64,000 nt of DNA from Candidatus Latescibacterota bacterium (GTDB taxonomy: Bacteria; Latescibacterota; UBA2968; UBA8231), in NCBI GenBank assembly GCA_965215195.1, contig CBDCDC010000002.1, positions 2,464,001 through 2,528,000 on the forward strand. Reading direction: 5' to 3'. Each line of letters starts with the position of its first letter. The stretch's first letter is position 1. The notes under the pieces are model-generated. The model was given only the letters and a program-made list of their open reading frames with translations. It ran no database searches and was not told where the DNA came from. The translations under genes were made by a program, and so were the position numbers. Below, piece by piece: positions 39,086 through 49,400 of the stretch.

Positions 39086-40144
39086 ATGGCCTACGACATC
39101 GCCGTGCTCAAAGGCGACGGCATCGGGCCGGAGGTCATGGACGAGGCCCTGAAGGTGCTCAATGCGCTGGGGACTCCTGCCCTTGCCTTTGCAGAATATC
39201 CGTGTGGCGCGGGGTGCTATCTGGAGCAAGGGGATCCGCTGCCGGAGGCGACGGTGGAAGGGTGTCGTCGGGCGGATGCAGTGCTGTTGGGAGCGATGGG
39301 GTTGCCGCACGTGCGCTGGCCGGACGGGACGGAGATGCGCCCCCAAGTTGACTTGCGAATCAAACTGGACCTGTACGCCGGGGTGCGGCCAATTTACCTG
39401 TATGCGGCCGCGCATACCCCGCTCAAAGGGTTAGAGGCCGGCGATATTGACTTCGTCGTCCTGCGCGAGAACGTCGAGGGGCTTTTTGCCTCCATGAACG
39501 GCGGCATTCAGTTGCGCGGAGAAGTGGCCGTTGACTCTATGGTCATTACGCGCACGGGCACGGAGCGCGTGGTGCGCTACGCCTTTGAGCTGGCGCGGCA
39601 GCGCGGCCGGACGCCGATGAAGGTGACGTGCGTGGACAAGGCCAATGTCTTTCGCTCAATGGCCTTCTTCCGCCGCGTGTACGACGAAGTCGCCGCCGAG
39701 TACCCAGACGTCGAGCGCGACTACGCGTACATCGACGCCCTGAGCATGTACTTGGTGCAGCAACCGGCCGGATACGACGTGCTGGTCACTGAGAACATGT
39801 ACGGGGACATTATCTCGGACTTGGCCGCTGGCTTGGTCGGCGGCTTGGGGCTGGCTCCTTCGGGGGACATCGGCGAGAACGCAGCCGTGTTCCAACCCTC
39901 GCACGGGACAGCCCCAGACATCGCCGGGCAGGGAAAGGCCAATCCGGTGGCAATGATCCTGTCGGCAGCCTTGCTGCTGCGCTGGTTGGGGGCGCAACAC
40001 GGCGATTCGGAGGCCGCGAGCGGGGCCGAGCGGATCGAAGAGGCGGTGCGTGCGGTAATCGGCGAGCAGGGCGCGGGGACGCCCGATTTAGGGGGTGGGT
40101 TGAGCTGCCGCGCGCTAGGGGAGCGGATTGTCCAAGCACTCTGA
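39086..40144 (+). CDS. Isocitrate/isopropylmalate/tartrate dehydrogenase family
   Basis: GDGIGPEV, RENVEG, VDKANV, NMYGDIISD, HGTAPDIAG. Confidence 0.92.
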   Translation: MAYDIAVLKGDGIGPEVMDEALKVLNALGTPALAFAEYPCGAGCYLEQGDPLPEATVEGCRRADAVLLGAMGLPHVRWPDGTEMRPQVDLRIKLDLYAGVRPIYLYAAAHTPLKGLEAGDIDFVVLRENVEGLFASMNGGIQLRGEVAVDSMVITRTGTERVVRYAFELARQRGRTPMKVTCVDKANVFRSMAFFRRVYDEVAAEYPDVERDYAYIDALSMYLVQQPAGYDVLVTENMYGDIISDLAAGLVGGLGLAPSGDIGENAAVFQPSHGTAPDIAGQGKANPVAMILSAALLLRWLGAQHGDSEAASGAERIEEAVRAVIGEQGAGTPDLGGGLSCRALGERIVQAL

Positions 40145-40145
40145 C

Positions 40146-41264
40146 ATGGACCGCCGGACCTTTCTCGGCTTGGGTCTAGGCGCGGCCGCGTGGCCGGCAT
40201 TGGGCCGCGCCGCGCCCGTGCGGCCGCAGCGGGCGCGCCTGCGCGAGTTGGGCATTGTCATTGGCGAGTTGGCGACCGGCCCCCACAACGCCATCACCGA
40301 TGTCGGGGGCGTACAGGTCGGCCACCTGACCCTGATTGAAGATGGGGGTCCGGTGCGCACCGGCGTGACCGCAATTGTGCCGCGTACGCCCGCGTTTGCC
40401 GCCGACTTCACGCTCAACGGCAATGGCGAGCTGATGGGGGTAGGCTCTATGCGCCGCACGGGCCTGTTGGCCGGCCCGGTTCTTTTTACCAACACGTCGA
40501 GCGTCGGCGCGGTGTACGATGGGGCGGTGGAGTGGATGCTGGCGCACGATCCCGACCTGTTCAAAAGCGATTTGCAGCCCGCGCCCATAGTCGGGGAGAC
40601 GTGGGCTGCGTTTCTCCACGACGAAGTCGGGCGACACGTGCAGCCCGCACACGCGGCAGCAGCCCTCAACGCGGCGCGCAGCGGGCCCGTGGCCGAAGGC
40701 TGCGTTGGTGGCGGGACCGGGATGCGGGCCTATGGCTTTAAGGCCGGCATTGGCACGGCGTCGCGCAAAATCCCCTGCGGCGACCAGCTCTACACCGCGG
40801 GCGTACTGGTGCAGGCGAACTTTGGCCGGCGGCCCCAACTGCGCGTCGACGGCGTCCCGGTGGGTCGCGAGATCACCGACCTAATGCCGGCGCGCGGCGG
40901 CAAGAGCAAGTCCATGCTCGCCGCGGTGGCTACGGACGCGCCGTTGATTCCAGTGCAGCTCCAGCGCGTGTGCAAGCGGGTGGCTTTGGGCATGGCGCGC
41001 ACGGGCGCGATCTCCACTCACGGCAGCGGCGACCTCGTGCTGGCCTTTTCCACGGCCTCCCCCGAGTCGCCAGACGCGCTCGCCACGCTGGCCGACCGCT
41101 GGATTTCGGGCGTGTTCCAAGGCGTAGTTGAGGCCACGGAGGAAGCTATTCTCAACGCGCTGACTGCGGCCTACACCATGACCGGCCGCGCCGGCAATAC
41201 CATCCACGCCCTGCCGCTGGACCGCTTGCTCGAGGTCATGCGCGCACACGGTCGGCTCAAGTGA
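40146..41264 (+). CDS. Tat-exported P1/S58 (DmpA-like) peptidase
   Basis: DRRTFL Tat motif, NAITDV.GV.VGH, RTGVT, NGNGE, GGGTGM, ATDAPL, HGSGD. Confidence 0.88.
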   Translation: MDRRTFLGLGLGAAAWPALGRAAPVRPQRARLRELGIVIGELATGPHNAITDVGGVQVGHLTLIEDGGPVRTGVTAIVPRTPAFAADFTLNGNGELMGVGSMRRTGLLAGPVLFTNTSSVGAVYDGAVEWMLAHDPDLFKSDLQPAPIVGETWAAFLHDEVGRHVQPAHAAAALNAARSGPVAEGCVGGGTGMRAYGFKAGIGTASRKIPCGDQLYTAGVLVQANFGRRPQLRVDGVPVGREITDLMPARGGKSKSMLAAVATDAPLIPVQLQRVCKRVALGMARTGAISTHGSGDLVLAFSTASPESPDALATLADRWISGVFQGVVEATEEAILNALTAAYTMTGRAGNTIHALPLDRLLEVMRAHGRLK

Positions 41265-42202
41265 ACCGCTCGCGCCCGGCCGGCGATGCGGCAGGACCGC
41301 ACAACGCCATCGCCGATGTGGCCGGCGTCAGCGTGGGCCACGTGGATATCCGCACGCCCAGCCTGCACACCGGCCTCACCGCCATCGTTCCGTATCCGGC
41401 CGAGGTTGCCGAGCGCAAGCTGTTTATCGGTCGCTTCTCCATAGACAGCGGCGACGCCATGAGCGGCCTTGGCGTCGCCGAAGACTTTGGCACCTTTTCC
41501 TCGCCCATTGTCCTCGCTCCGGCCCCGGTCGTCGGCCGGGTGTACGAATCCCTAATTCGCCACAGCTTGGGCCGCGACACCGGGCTATCGACCGGGACTG
41601 GCTGGCCGCCGGTCGTGGTGGGGATTGACGACACGGCGGTCAACGACCCCGCGCTCGTCCGCAAGGCCCTGACACACGCCCACGCAGACGCGGCCCTCGC
41701 CAGTGCTGGCAGTGCGGTGCCCACGGGCAATGCCGGGGTCGGCGGCGGTTTGCAAGCCTTCGGCTACAAGGGCGGCATCGGCACGGCCTCGCGCCGGGCC
41801 GGCGAGTACGCGCTGGGCGCGTTGGTAGCGGTCAACGGGGGACGCGAACTGCATTGGGCCGGTCGCGTCCTGCCGGTGGGCACCGGGGCCGGGGGAGCGC
41901 AGACCTTTGCCGCGGTTGTGGCCACGGACGCGCCCCTAATCCCGCGCCAACTAGAGCGTTTGGCTGGCCGCGCCGCGCTGGGGCTGGCGCGGACGGGCTT
42001 GTGGAACCCGCAGACGCGCGAGGGCCTCGTCCTCGCCTTTTCCACCCAAGAGCCGGGCGCAGCGGTGAGGATGGTGGGCGAAGAAAGGCTCTACCCGCTT
42101 TTTGCCGCGGCCGCTGCGGCCGCCGAGGGTGCGGTCGTCAATGCCCTCTTGGCCGCCGAGACTATCGGGGATATCAAAGCCATGCCGGAGGAAGACGGTT
42201 GA
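41261..42202 (+). CDS. Divergent DmpA-like paralogue without signal peptide
   Basis: NAIADV.GV.VGH, KGGIGTASR and ATDAPL are kept. NGNGE and HGSGD motifs are replaced. Confidence 0.78.
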   Translation: MNRSRPAGDAAGPHNAIADVAGVSVGHVDIRTPSLHTGLTAIVPYPAEVAERKLFIGRFSIDSGDAMSGLGVAEDFGTFSSPIVLAPAPVVGRVYESLIRHSLGRDTGLSTGTGWPPVVVGIDDTAVNDPALVRKALTHAHADAALASAGSAVPTGNAGVGGGLQAFGYKGGIGTASRRAGEYALGALVAVNGGRELHWAGRVLPVGTGAGGAQTFAAVVATDAPLIPRQLERLAGRAALGLARTGLWNPQTREGLVLAFSTQEPGAAVRMVGEERLYPLFAAAAAAAEGAVVNALLAAETIGDIKAMPEEDG

Positions 42203-43326
42203 GCCGCAGCTTGCTCGACGATCGGGACGCGCTCAGCGCCTTCCGCGCTCGGCTCTTGGCTTGGTATCGCCAAAACAAGCGGCAGACGAGCTGGCGCGAC
42301 AGCGGCAATCCCTATCACGTCTGGGTATCCGAGGTCATGTTGCAACAGACCCGGGTGGATCAGATGGCCCCCTATTTCGAGCGTTTTATCCGCGCATTTC
42401 CCACTCTCCAATCGCTGGCCGCTGCTTCCGCGGACCAAGTGCTCAAGGTCTGGGAGGGTTTGGGCTACTATGCGCGGGCGCGCAACATGCACAAGGCGGC
42501 CAAGCGCATGGCCTTTGAGTTGGGAGGCCGCATACCGGATACGTACCAAGGGCTGATCGAGCTGCCCGGGGTTGGCCAATACACGGCCGCGGCCATCAGC
42601 AGCATTGCCTTCGACCGCGACCACCCGGTGCTCGACGGCAATGTGACCCGCGTACTCTGCCGATTGTTGCGGATTGAGGAAGAGCCGACCCGCGCCCAAG
42701 TCAAGGCGCGGCTCATCGCCGCTGGAGAGGCCCTGCTGGCCCGGGGCGAGGCCGGCGACTTCAATCAGGCGATGATGGAACTGGGGGCGCGGGTCTGCAC
42801 GCCGCAAAGCCCTGCGTGCCCGACGTGTCCGGTCGGCGGCTGGTGTCGGGCCAAGGCCGAGCTAAGCGACCCGACCGCCCTGCCGCGCAAGGCCCCGAAG
42901 AAACAGAAGCCGCATTATCAGGTGGCGGCTGGCTTGATTCGCAAGGGCGACGAGTTGCTAATCGCCCAGCGGCCGGCCGAGGGGATGCTCGGCGGCTTGT
43001 GGGAATTTCCCGGGGGCAAGCAGGAGCCCGGCGAGACCCTGCCCGAATGCTTGGTGCGCGAGATCCGCGAGGAATTGGGCATTGAAATTGAGGTGGGGGC
43101 GCGCCTGACGAGCGTGGATCACGCCTATTCGCATTTTAGCATCACCTTGCATGCGTTTGCCGCCCGCTACGTGCGCGGCACCCCCGAGGCGCTCGGCTGC
43201 GCTGCTTGGCGCTGGGTCGCGCCGGAGGCTTTGGATGACTTTGCCCTGCCGCGGGCCGACCGCCTAATCGTGGAGTTCATGCGCGAGCGCGCACAGCAGA
43301 TGGAGCTGTTTGGTGAAAAAAACTGA
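42199..43326 (+). CDS. mutY: A/G-specific adenine glycosylase MutY with C-terminal Nudix domain
   Basis: VWVSEVMLQQT, WEGLGYY.RARN, LPGVG.YTA, DGNV.RV, Cx6Cx2Cx5C cluster. Confidence 0.95.
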   Translation: MSRSLLDDRDALSAFRARLLAWYRQNKRQTSWRDSGNPYHVWVSEVMLQQTRVDQMAPYFERFIRAFPTLQSLAAASADQVLKVWEGLGYYARARNMHKAAKRMAFELGGRIPDTYQGLIELPGVGQYTAAAISSIAFDRDHPVLDGNVTRVLCRLLRIEEEPTRAQVKARLIAAGEALLARGEAGDFNQAMMELGARVCTPQSPACPTCPVGGWCRAKAELSDPTALPRKAPKKQKPHYQVAAGLIRKGDELLIAQRPAEGMLGGLWEFPGGKQEPGETLPECLVREIREELGIEIEVGARLTSVDHAYSHFSITLHAFAARYVRGTPEALGCAAWRWVAPEALDDFALPRADRLIVEFMRERAQQMELFGEKN

Positions 43327-44212
43327 GTTGCTAGTCGAGAGCAGACGCCGCGCACCTAAGCTGATCTTGCGCGGGTTGTGCATGGGTGCGGCCGATGTAA
43401 TTCCCGGGGTTTCCGGGGGGACCATCGCCTTGGTCACGGGCATCTACGACGAGTTGGTCGGGACTATTGCCGCAGTTGATCAGCGGCTCGTGAGTGCCTT
43501 GGTGCGGGGGCGCCTGATCGAGGTATTGCAGCGAGTCAATGCCCCCTTCTTAGTGCCGCTGCTGTGCGGCGTGGGCGTGGCCATTGCCTCGCTGGCCAAG
43601 TTCATAACTTGGCTGCTAGCAACGCACCCCCAGCCCGTGTGGGGCTTTTTCACCGGCTTGATCTTGGCCAGTGCGCTCGTGGTCGCTCGGCAGGTCACCG
43701 GATGGAGGGCGGCGCAGTGGGGGCTGACGGCTCTCGGCGCAGTGGCTGGTTACGCCATTACCACGTTGGTGCCGGTCGAGACCGGAGTCGAGGGCTACAA
43801 GTTCGCGCTGGCCGGCATGGTGGCCATCTGCGCGATGATCCTGCCGGGAATTAGCGGCTCGTTTCTGCTGGTGGTCATGGGCAAATACCAGCAGGTCTTA
43901 ACCGCGGTACACGAGTTCGATTGGGCGACCTTGGCCCTCTTCGGGGTTGGGGCGGTTATTGGGCTGCTGGGCTTTGCGCGGCTGCTCAAGCACCTGCTAA
44001 GCCGCTTTCGCGCCGGCACCATGGCTTTGTTGGTGGGGTTGATGTTGGGTTCTTTGCGCAAGGTGTGGCCGTTCCGCCACGCACTGGAGGAAGGGCGCTA
44101 CGAATGCGCGTGGCCGCGGGAGTTCAGCGGCGAGGCTGGGCTGAGCTTGGGGCTGATTGCGGCGGGTGCTGTGTTGGTGTTGGCATTGGAGCGGCTGGGC
44201 AGCAGGGAGTGA
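43313..44212 (+). CDS. DUF368 family membrane protein (undecaprenyl-phosphate translocase family)
   Basis: MGAADVIPGVSGGTIA...GIY and its repeat AMILPGISGS. Confidence 0.9.
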   Translation: MKKTELLVESRRRAPKLILRGLCMGAADVIPGVSGGTIALVTGIYDELVGTIAAVDQRLVSALVRGRLIEVLQRVNAPFLVPLLCGVGVAIASLAKFITWLLATHPQPVWGFFTGLILASALVVARQVTGWRAAQWGLTALGAVAGYAITTLVPVETGVEGYKFALAGMVAICAMILPGISGSFLLVVMGKYQQVLTAVHEFDWATLALFGVGAVIGLLGFARLLKHLLSRFRAGTMALLVGLMLGSLRKVWPFRHALEEGRYECAWPREFSGEAGLSLGLIAAGAVLVLALERLGSRE

Positions 44213-44395
44213 AACGCTTTCGGCTAGCCATCAAACGGCAAACCGGGCACCGGATCGCGCTTGACCGCACGGAAGCGAAGAACCGCTTACCTCCGAGGCC
44301 GTTGACGCGATTTCCGCCTTCCACCATTTTCGGGCCATGAAGAACATCACCACTACATTGCCAGAGAAACCCGCATCGCGAAGGAGTCCCTCGCC

Positions 44396-44740
44396 ATGAC
44401 CGTAGAATGGCGCTACCACCGCCCCGGCTGAACAAGCTGCAAGCGCGCACGAGAGTTTCTCGTGCAGAACGGCATGGCCGACGGCGTCGTGCAAAGCGCG
44501 ACCAAAGAGCCAATCGTCGGCGCGGCAGCCCTAACCCTGCTGGAGGGCGCGACCGAGCTGTTCGTCGCCCAAGGGCAGCGCGTCCTCCGCTTCGACCTGA
44601 CGCGGCAACGGCCCGCGGACGAGGAGTTGCTCCAGCTTCTGTTGGGACGTTCCGGCAAGCTCCGGGCACCCGCGCTCGGCTGCGGGACGCGCCTAATTGT
44701 CGGCTACAACCAAACACTGCTGCCGATGGCCCTGAGCTGA
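44396..44740 (+). CDS. ArsC/Spx-like thioredoxin-fold selenoprotein (UxxC)
   Basis: AAGGAG RBS, ATG 44396, MTVEWRYHRPG-TGA(44429)-TSCKRAREFL in frame with ...LGRSGKLRAP...LIVGYN. Hairpin just 3' of the TGA. Confidence 0.85.
44447..44465 (+). promoter_or_regulatory. Putative bacterial SECIS element
   Basis: GCACGAGA-GTT-TCTCGTGC 8-bp stem starting 15 nt after the UGA, with G in the apical loop. Confidence 0.7.
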
Positions 44741-44829
44741 GCCCATTCAGCACGGCGGCCCTCGATCTACATTCCGGCCCCTTCATCACCTCATTATCCA
44801 ACTACTGATCGCCAGAAAGCACCGGTCTC

Positions 44830-46101
44830 TCACTCCCGCTGGTTGGGTGTTGAGCACTGGGCTGTCAAGGACGAGAGGCTGCCCAAGTTTCTCAGCGAGG
44901 GAAAAAGGCCCGTCCAAGCGGCGACGACCAGCAACGTGCCAATGCCTCCGCTAACGACCGAGAAGACCGGGTTGAAGAGCTGGGCTACCAGCCCGGACTC
45001 AAAGCCGCCGATCTCGTTGGAAGCACCGAAGAAGATGGCAGAGACGGCTTGGACCCGGCCCCGCATCTCGTTGGGCATGCCCATCTGCGAGATGACGCGG
45101 CGGATGACCATGCTGACGTTGTCAAAGGCCCCGGCCAACGCCAGCATCAGCAGCGAGACCCAGAAGTTTTGCGAGAGGCCAAAGACAATGGTTGCCGCGC
45201 CAAAGCCGGCCACGCACCAAAGCAGGGTCTTGCCAGCGCGGCGAATCGGCGGCCGATGGGCAATGGCCAAGGCGGTGATGCTGGCGCCGATGGCCGGGGC
45301 CGCGCGCAGCCAGCCAAGCGCAGCTTCGGGTGCGAGGCCGACCGAGCTGAGGTCGATGATCTCGCGGGCGAAGATGGGCAAGAGGTACACGGCACCGCCT
45401 AGGAGTACGGCGAACAGATCGAGCGAGATCGCACCGAGTAGGAGCGGCTGGTCGCGGACGAAGCGCAGGCCGGCGGCGATCTGAGCGAACATATTGCCTC
45501 CTCGAATGCGCGGAGCAGAAGGCAAAGCCATGGCGCTGAGAAAGAGGATGAAGGCCGCGGAGGAAACGGCGCTGAGGAGGTAGGCGGCTTGGAGATTGAA
45601 GGCAATGACAAAACCGCCAATGGCCAGTCCGGCGATGCCGGTGATCTGCATCAGGCTGGTTGACCACTTGGCGGCGTTTTCAAAGAGCGCGTCCGGCACC
45701 AGCAAAGGCGCAATGGCCCGTTGCGCCGGCCAGCCTAAGCGGAGGAAGGACGAGTCCAAAAAGAGCAGCAAGTACATCCACTGGACCGGCATCTGGTGCC
45801 AGCTAAAGACGGCCAAACCCAGCGAAGCGAGTGTCGCGCCGGCCAAGCTGAGCATCATCAGCTTGCGGCGATCGAAGACGTCGGCTAGATACCCGGCCGG
45901 CAGGGTCAACAGCAACATGGGGATGGCTTGGACGAGGCCGACCATGCCGAGGGAGAGGGCTTGGCCGGTGCGGTCGTACACCTCCCAACCAATGGCCAAG
46001 CCTTGGGCGGCCGTACCCATCCGCACCAGCGAGGAGGCGATGAGATAACGCCGGAAGAGCGGGACGCGCAGGCTGGAGTAGGGGTCGTGTCTTTTGTGCA
46101 A
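44830..46101 (-). CDS. MFS transporter (MFS_3/EntS-like)
   Basis: AGYLADVFDRRK motif A, LDLFAVLLGG, MRGRV.AV, SNEIGGFESG. About 12 TM helices. Confidence 0.9.
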   Translation of the reverse strand: MHKRHDPYSSLRVPLFRRYLIASSLVRMGTAAQGLAIGWEVYDRTGQALSLGMVGLVQAIPMLLLTLPAGYLADVFDRRKLMMLSLAGATLASLGLAVFSWHQMPVQWMYLLLFLDSSFLRLGWPAQRAIAPLLVPDALFENAAKWSTSLMQITGIAGLAIGGFVIAFNLQAAYLLSAVSSAAFILFLSAMALPSAPRIRGGNMFAQIAAGLRFVRDQPLLLGAISLDLFAVLLGGAVYLLPIFAREIIDLSSVGLAPEAALGWLRAAPAIGASITALAIAHRPPIRRAGKTLLWCVAGFGAATIVFGLSQNFWVSLLMLALAGAFDNVSMVIRRVISQMGMPNEMRGRVQAVSAIFFGASNEIGGFESGLVAQLFNPVFSVVSGGIGTLLVVAAWTGLFPSLRNLGSLSSLTAQCSTPNQRE

Positions 46102-46120
46102 ATCAGTAGCGGTGTGCTAG

Positions 46121-46240
46121 TTATATGCGGAGTGCGATCTTACCCGGCCGACCGTCGAAATGCACCACCCCAAAGCGCTCGGGCACGTGGAATTGCGGCT
46201 TGGGCGTCAGGGTATTGGACCAAGTGATGTACTCCAGCGC
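46121..46240 (-). pseudogene. Probable 3' remnant of a CBM9-like sugar-binding protein
   Basis: EYITWSNTLTPKPQFHVPERFGVVHF resembles CBM9-like C-termini. No credible 5' part. Confidence 0.4.
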
Positions 46241-46406
46241 ACGGCCGATAATATACTTTACCTCTAGAGTTTCCTCTACTGCTGGCGTAAAAAGCCCGTT
46301 CTCAAACCGCATGGAGAAATAGTTGCAACCGCATTAGCCTTTTCTTACAGTTTGGGCTAACGTGCAGAATTTGGTGTGCTGGTGTGCTCTTTCTTTGAGA
46401 GGTCCT

Positions 46407-49400
46407 ATGACACCGCTGCTCATTGTAGGCACTTTGCTCGGTCTAGTAGTAGGCTCGTACTTCGTACCAACCCCGGACGAAATACGAGCTTCTTTTAAGC
46501 AGGCGCAGAAGTTCTACGCCGCCGAGGACTACGAGCAAGCCATCGCAACCTACGAGCGCATCAATGCCATTGAAAACCCGCTGCTCTACACCGCGGAGAT
46601 CGAGGTTGCGGTCGGCGAGGTTGCGGCCCCGATCAAAGAAATCGCCCTCTACCAGACAGGTAATAGCTACTTCAAGCGCGCCCAAGAATCCCAACGCCGC
46701 GCCGCCCGGGAGCGCGACCCCGAACGCCAACGCCAACTCGCCGCACGAACGGCGACCTACTTTGCGGAAGCGGCCGCCTACTTCCTCGAGACCGAAGCCC
46801 AGACAACCTCCCCGCAGATGCGGGAATTGGCCCGCAACCGGCTGGTCAACTGCCTCTATGCAAGCGGCGATTACCAGCGCACCATAGAAGAGGGCCGGGC
46901 TTTTCTGCGGCAATATCCCGACAGCCAATACCTCGACAACGCCCTCTACAATATCGGCTGGGCCCATTTTGAATTGGAGCAGTACCGAGAAAGCATCAGT
47001 GCCTTTGAGGAATTGGTGCGGCACTTCCCCAAAGGATACCGCGCAGACCGGGCACTTTTCCAAATCGGCGAAGCCTACTTTCAACAGCAGCACTACGATC
47101 AGGCCACTTCCCATTATCAGGAGGTGGTCGACCGCCAAGACATCGACCGCCTCAGCGAGCGCGACCTGCTGAAGATGCGGCGCGAGAAAATAGCCGGCCT
47201 AGTGGACGAAACCGCGCTAGAACTGGCGGCTAAAGCCCAGATCAAAGTAGGGGATTGCCGCGCCCAAAGCGGGGATTTTGCCGCTGCCGCAACCGCCTAT
47301 GGCAAGGTTATAACCGCCTTCGCCCAAGAACAGAAACTGGTGGCCGAGGCCTATATCCGCCTCGCCGATATGTACACCCAAGGCGGCGACGACCAAGCGG
47401 CCGTGCGCACCTACCGCGAGGCCATCGACGGCAGCCGCAACCGCATCTTTCAGGCCAGCATGCAATCCCTGCTGGCCGAACACTACTACGGCATTGGCAA
47501 CTATCAGCGCGCCATCGCCGAATACCAACTCTACCTAGAGGCATACGGGGATGTGGCCAAAGCGGCTGGTCTGGCACCGCCTTGGGCCCTTTACAAGATC
47601 GGGCGGGCCCATTACGAGCGAGCCGAGGTCCAGCACCAAGCCGCCGCCGCCCGCTCGGCCTACGCACAGGCAATCGCCGCGTACGAACGCATCGCCACCG
47701 ACTACCCCAGCAGCGAACTAGTCCTAGCGGCTACCCCGTTTAATATCGCCCTGTGCAACCAGATGCTCGGGGCCTTGGGCAGTGCCGAGCACGCGGCCCG
47801 CGCCCTGGAGCTCTACCAAGAGATCGTCGAGGCCGGCCAAGACCCAGACTACGTGCGCAGTGCTCTTTTCCAACTGGGCCGCATCCACTACCAGCGAGCA
47901 AACTTCGAGCAGGCCATCGCCGCGTACGAGTCCATTCTGCAAAAATACTCCGAGTCCCCGCAGCGCCACGCAGCCCGCTTTGAATTGGCTCTGTGCTATC
48001 GGGATTTGGGCCAGCCCGGCAGGGCCGTGGAACTGTTCCGACAGCTTGACCGCACCGCAAATTTGTTTCCCAAGGCCATGCTCGAAACGAGCAACCTGCT
48101 AACTGCGGAGGGCGACTTCTCCGGGGCGTTAGAGGCGCTGGAGGCGGGCTTGACAGCGAGTACTGCTAAAGACGAACAGGCCCGCCTCCACTACGTGAAA
48201 GGGCGCACCCTGATCGAAACCGAGGCATTTGTCGCTGCGGTAGAGGCCCTGGGACGCACCATCGAACTAGCCGACGACGACGAGGTACGCCTCGGTGCCC
48301 TCTACGGCCGCGGCGTAAGCCTGCTCAAGCTCAAGCACTACGAGGAAGCCACAGCCGACCTAAAAGTGCTGTTGCACGGCGACAACGAGGACTTGGCTGG
48401 GGCGGCCCAGCGCATGCTTGGTCTGGCCCATCTCGAGTTGGGGCGGGAGGAAGAAGCCATCGAGGACTACCGCGCCCTAGTAGCGGCGGCAGCCGATTCA
48501 ATCGAGCGCGCCGAACACCTAGTGGTGCTGGCCGAACTTCACTACAACCTAAAGGAATTCGCCGAGGTTGAGGCCGTATGCCGGCGGATTCTCTCCTTGG
48601 ACTTGCCCGCTGGGCGCGATGAGCTGCAAGAGAAAGCCTACTTCCTAATGGGCGACGCCCACGAGTCCCGGGGCGACCCCCAAGCCTTAATCAACACCTA
48701 CCAAAAGGCCCTGTCCCGCTACCCAGACTCCTATTACTCGGCCGATATGCGCTTTGCTCTGGGGCAGGCCCTATTCGAGCGGGACGATCTCGCCGGAACC
48801 GTGCGAGTGCTCGCAGCGTACCTGCAGAAAGCACCCGCTCATCGCAACCGCCCCTATGCCCTCTACTACCTCGGATACGCCCATTTCAACCTGACTCAGT
48901 TCGAGCAAGCCGCGGCCGCCTTTGCCGACCTAGCCAGCACCTATCCCCACAGCGAACTGGCACCCGACGCATTGTTCAGGGCCGGAGAGGCCCATTACAA
49001 TTTGGGACAATTTGCAATGGCGCAAGAGCACTACCAGCAATTGCTCGCAATGCACCCGCAAGCGGATGTGGCCGACGATGCCCTCTACAATCTGGCCTGG
49101 TCCCATCTCAATATGAAACGGGAGTCCCAAGCCATCGCCGCCTTCCACAGCGTGGTTTCCAACTACCCAAACAGCCCTCTAGCGGCCAATGCCCAGTTCA
49201 CCATCGGCGACTTTTACTACAATGAAAAGGAATACGACAAAGCCCTGCAGGCCTACCAAGAAGTCAGCCGCCGCTTTCCCAGCAGTCCGGTGGCGCAAAA
49301 GGTGGCCGAATTAATAGATGACCTGCGCGAAGTAGTGGCCTACCTGCGCTACGCCGAAGTCGAGGCGGTCTTTGCCCAAGCCCTTGCAGAGCAGGATCCG

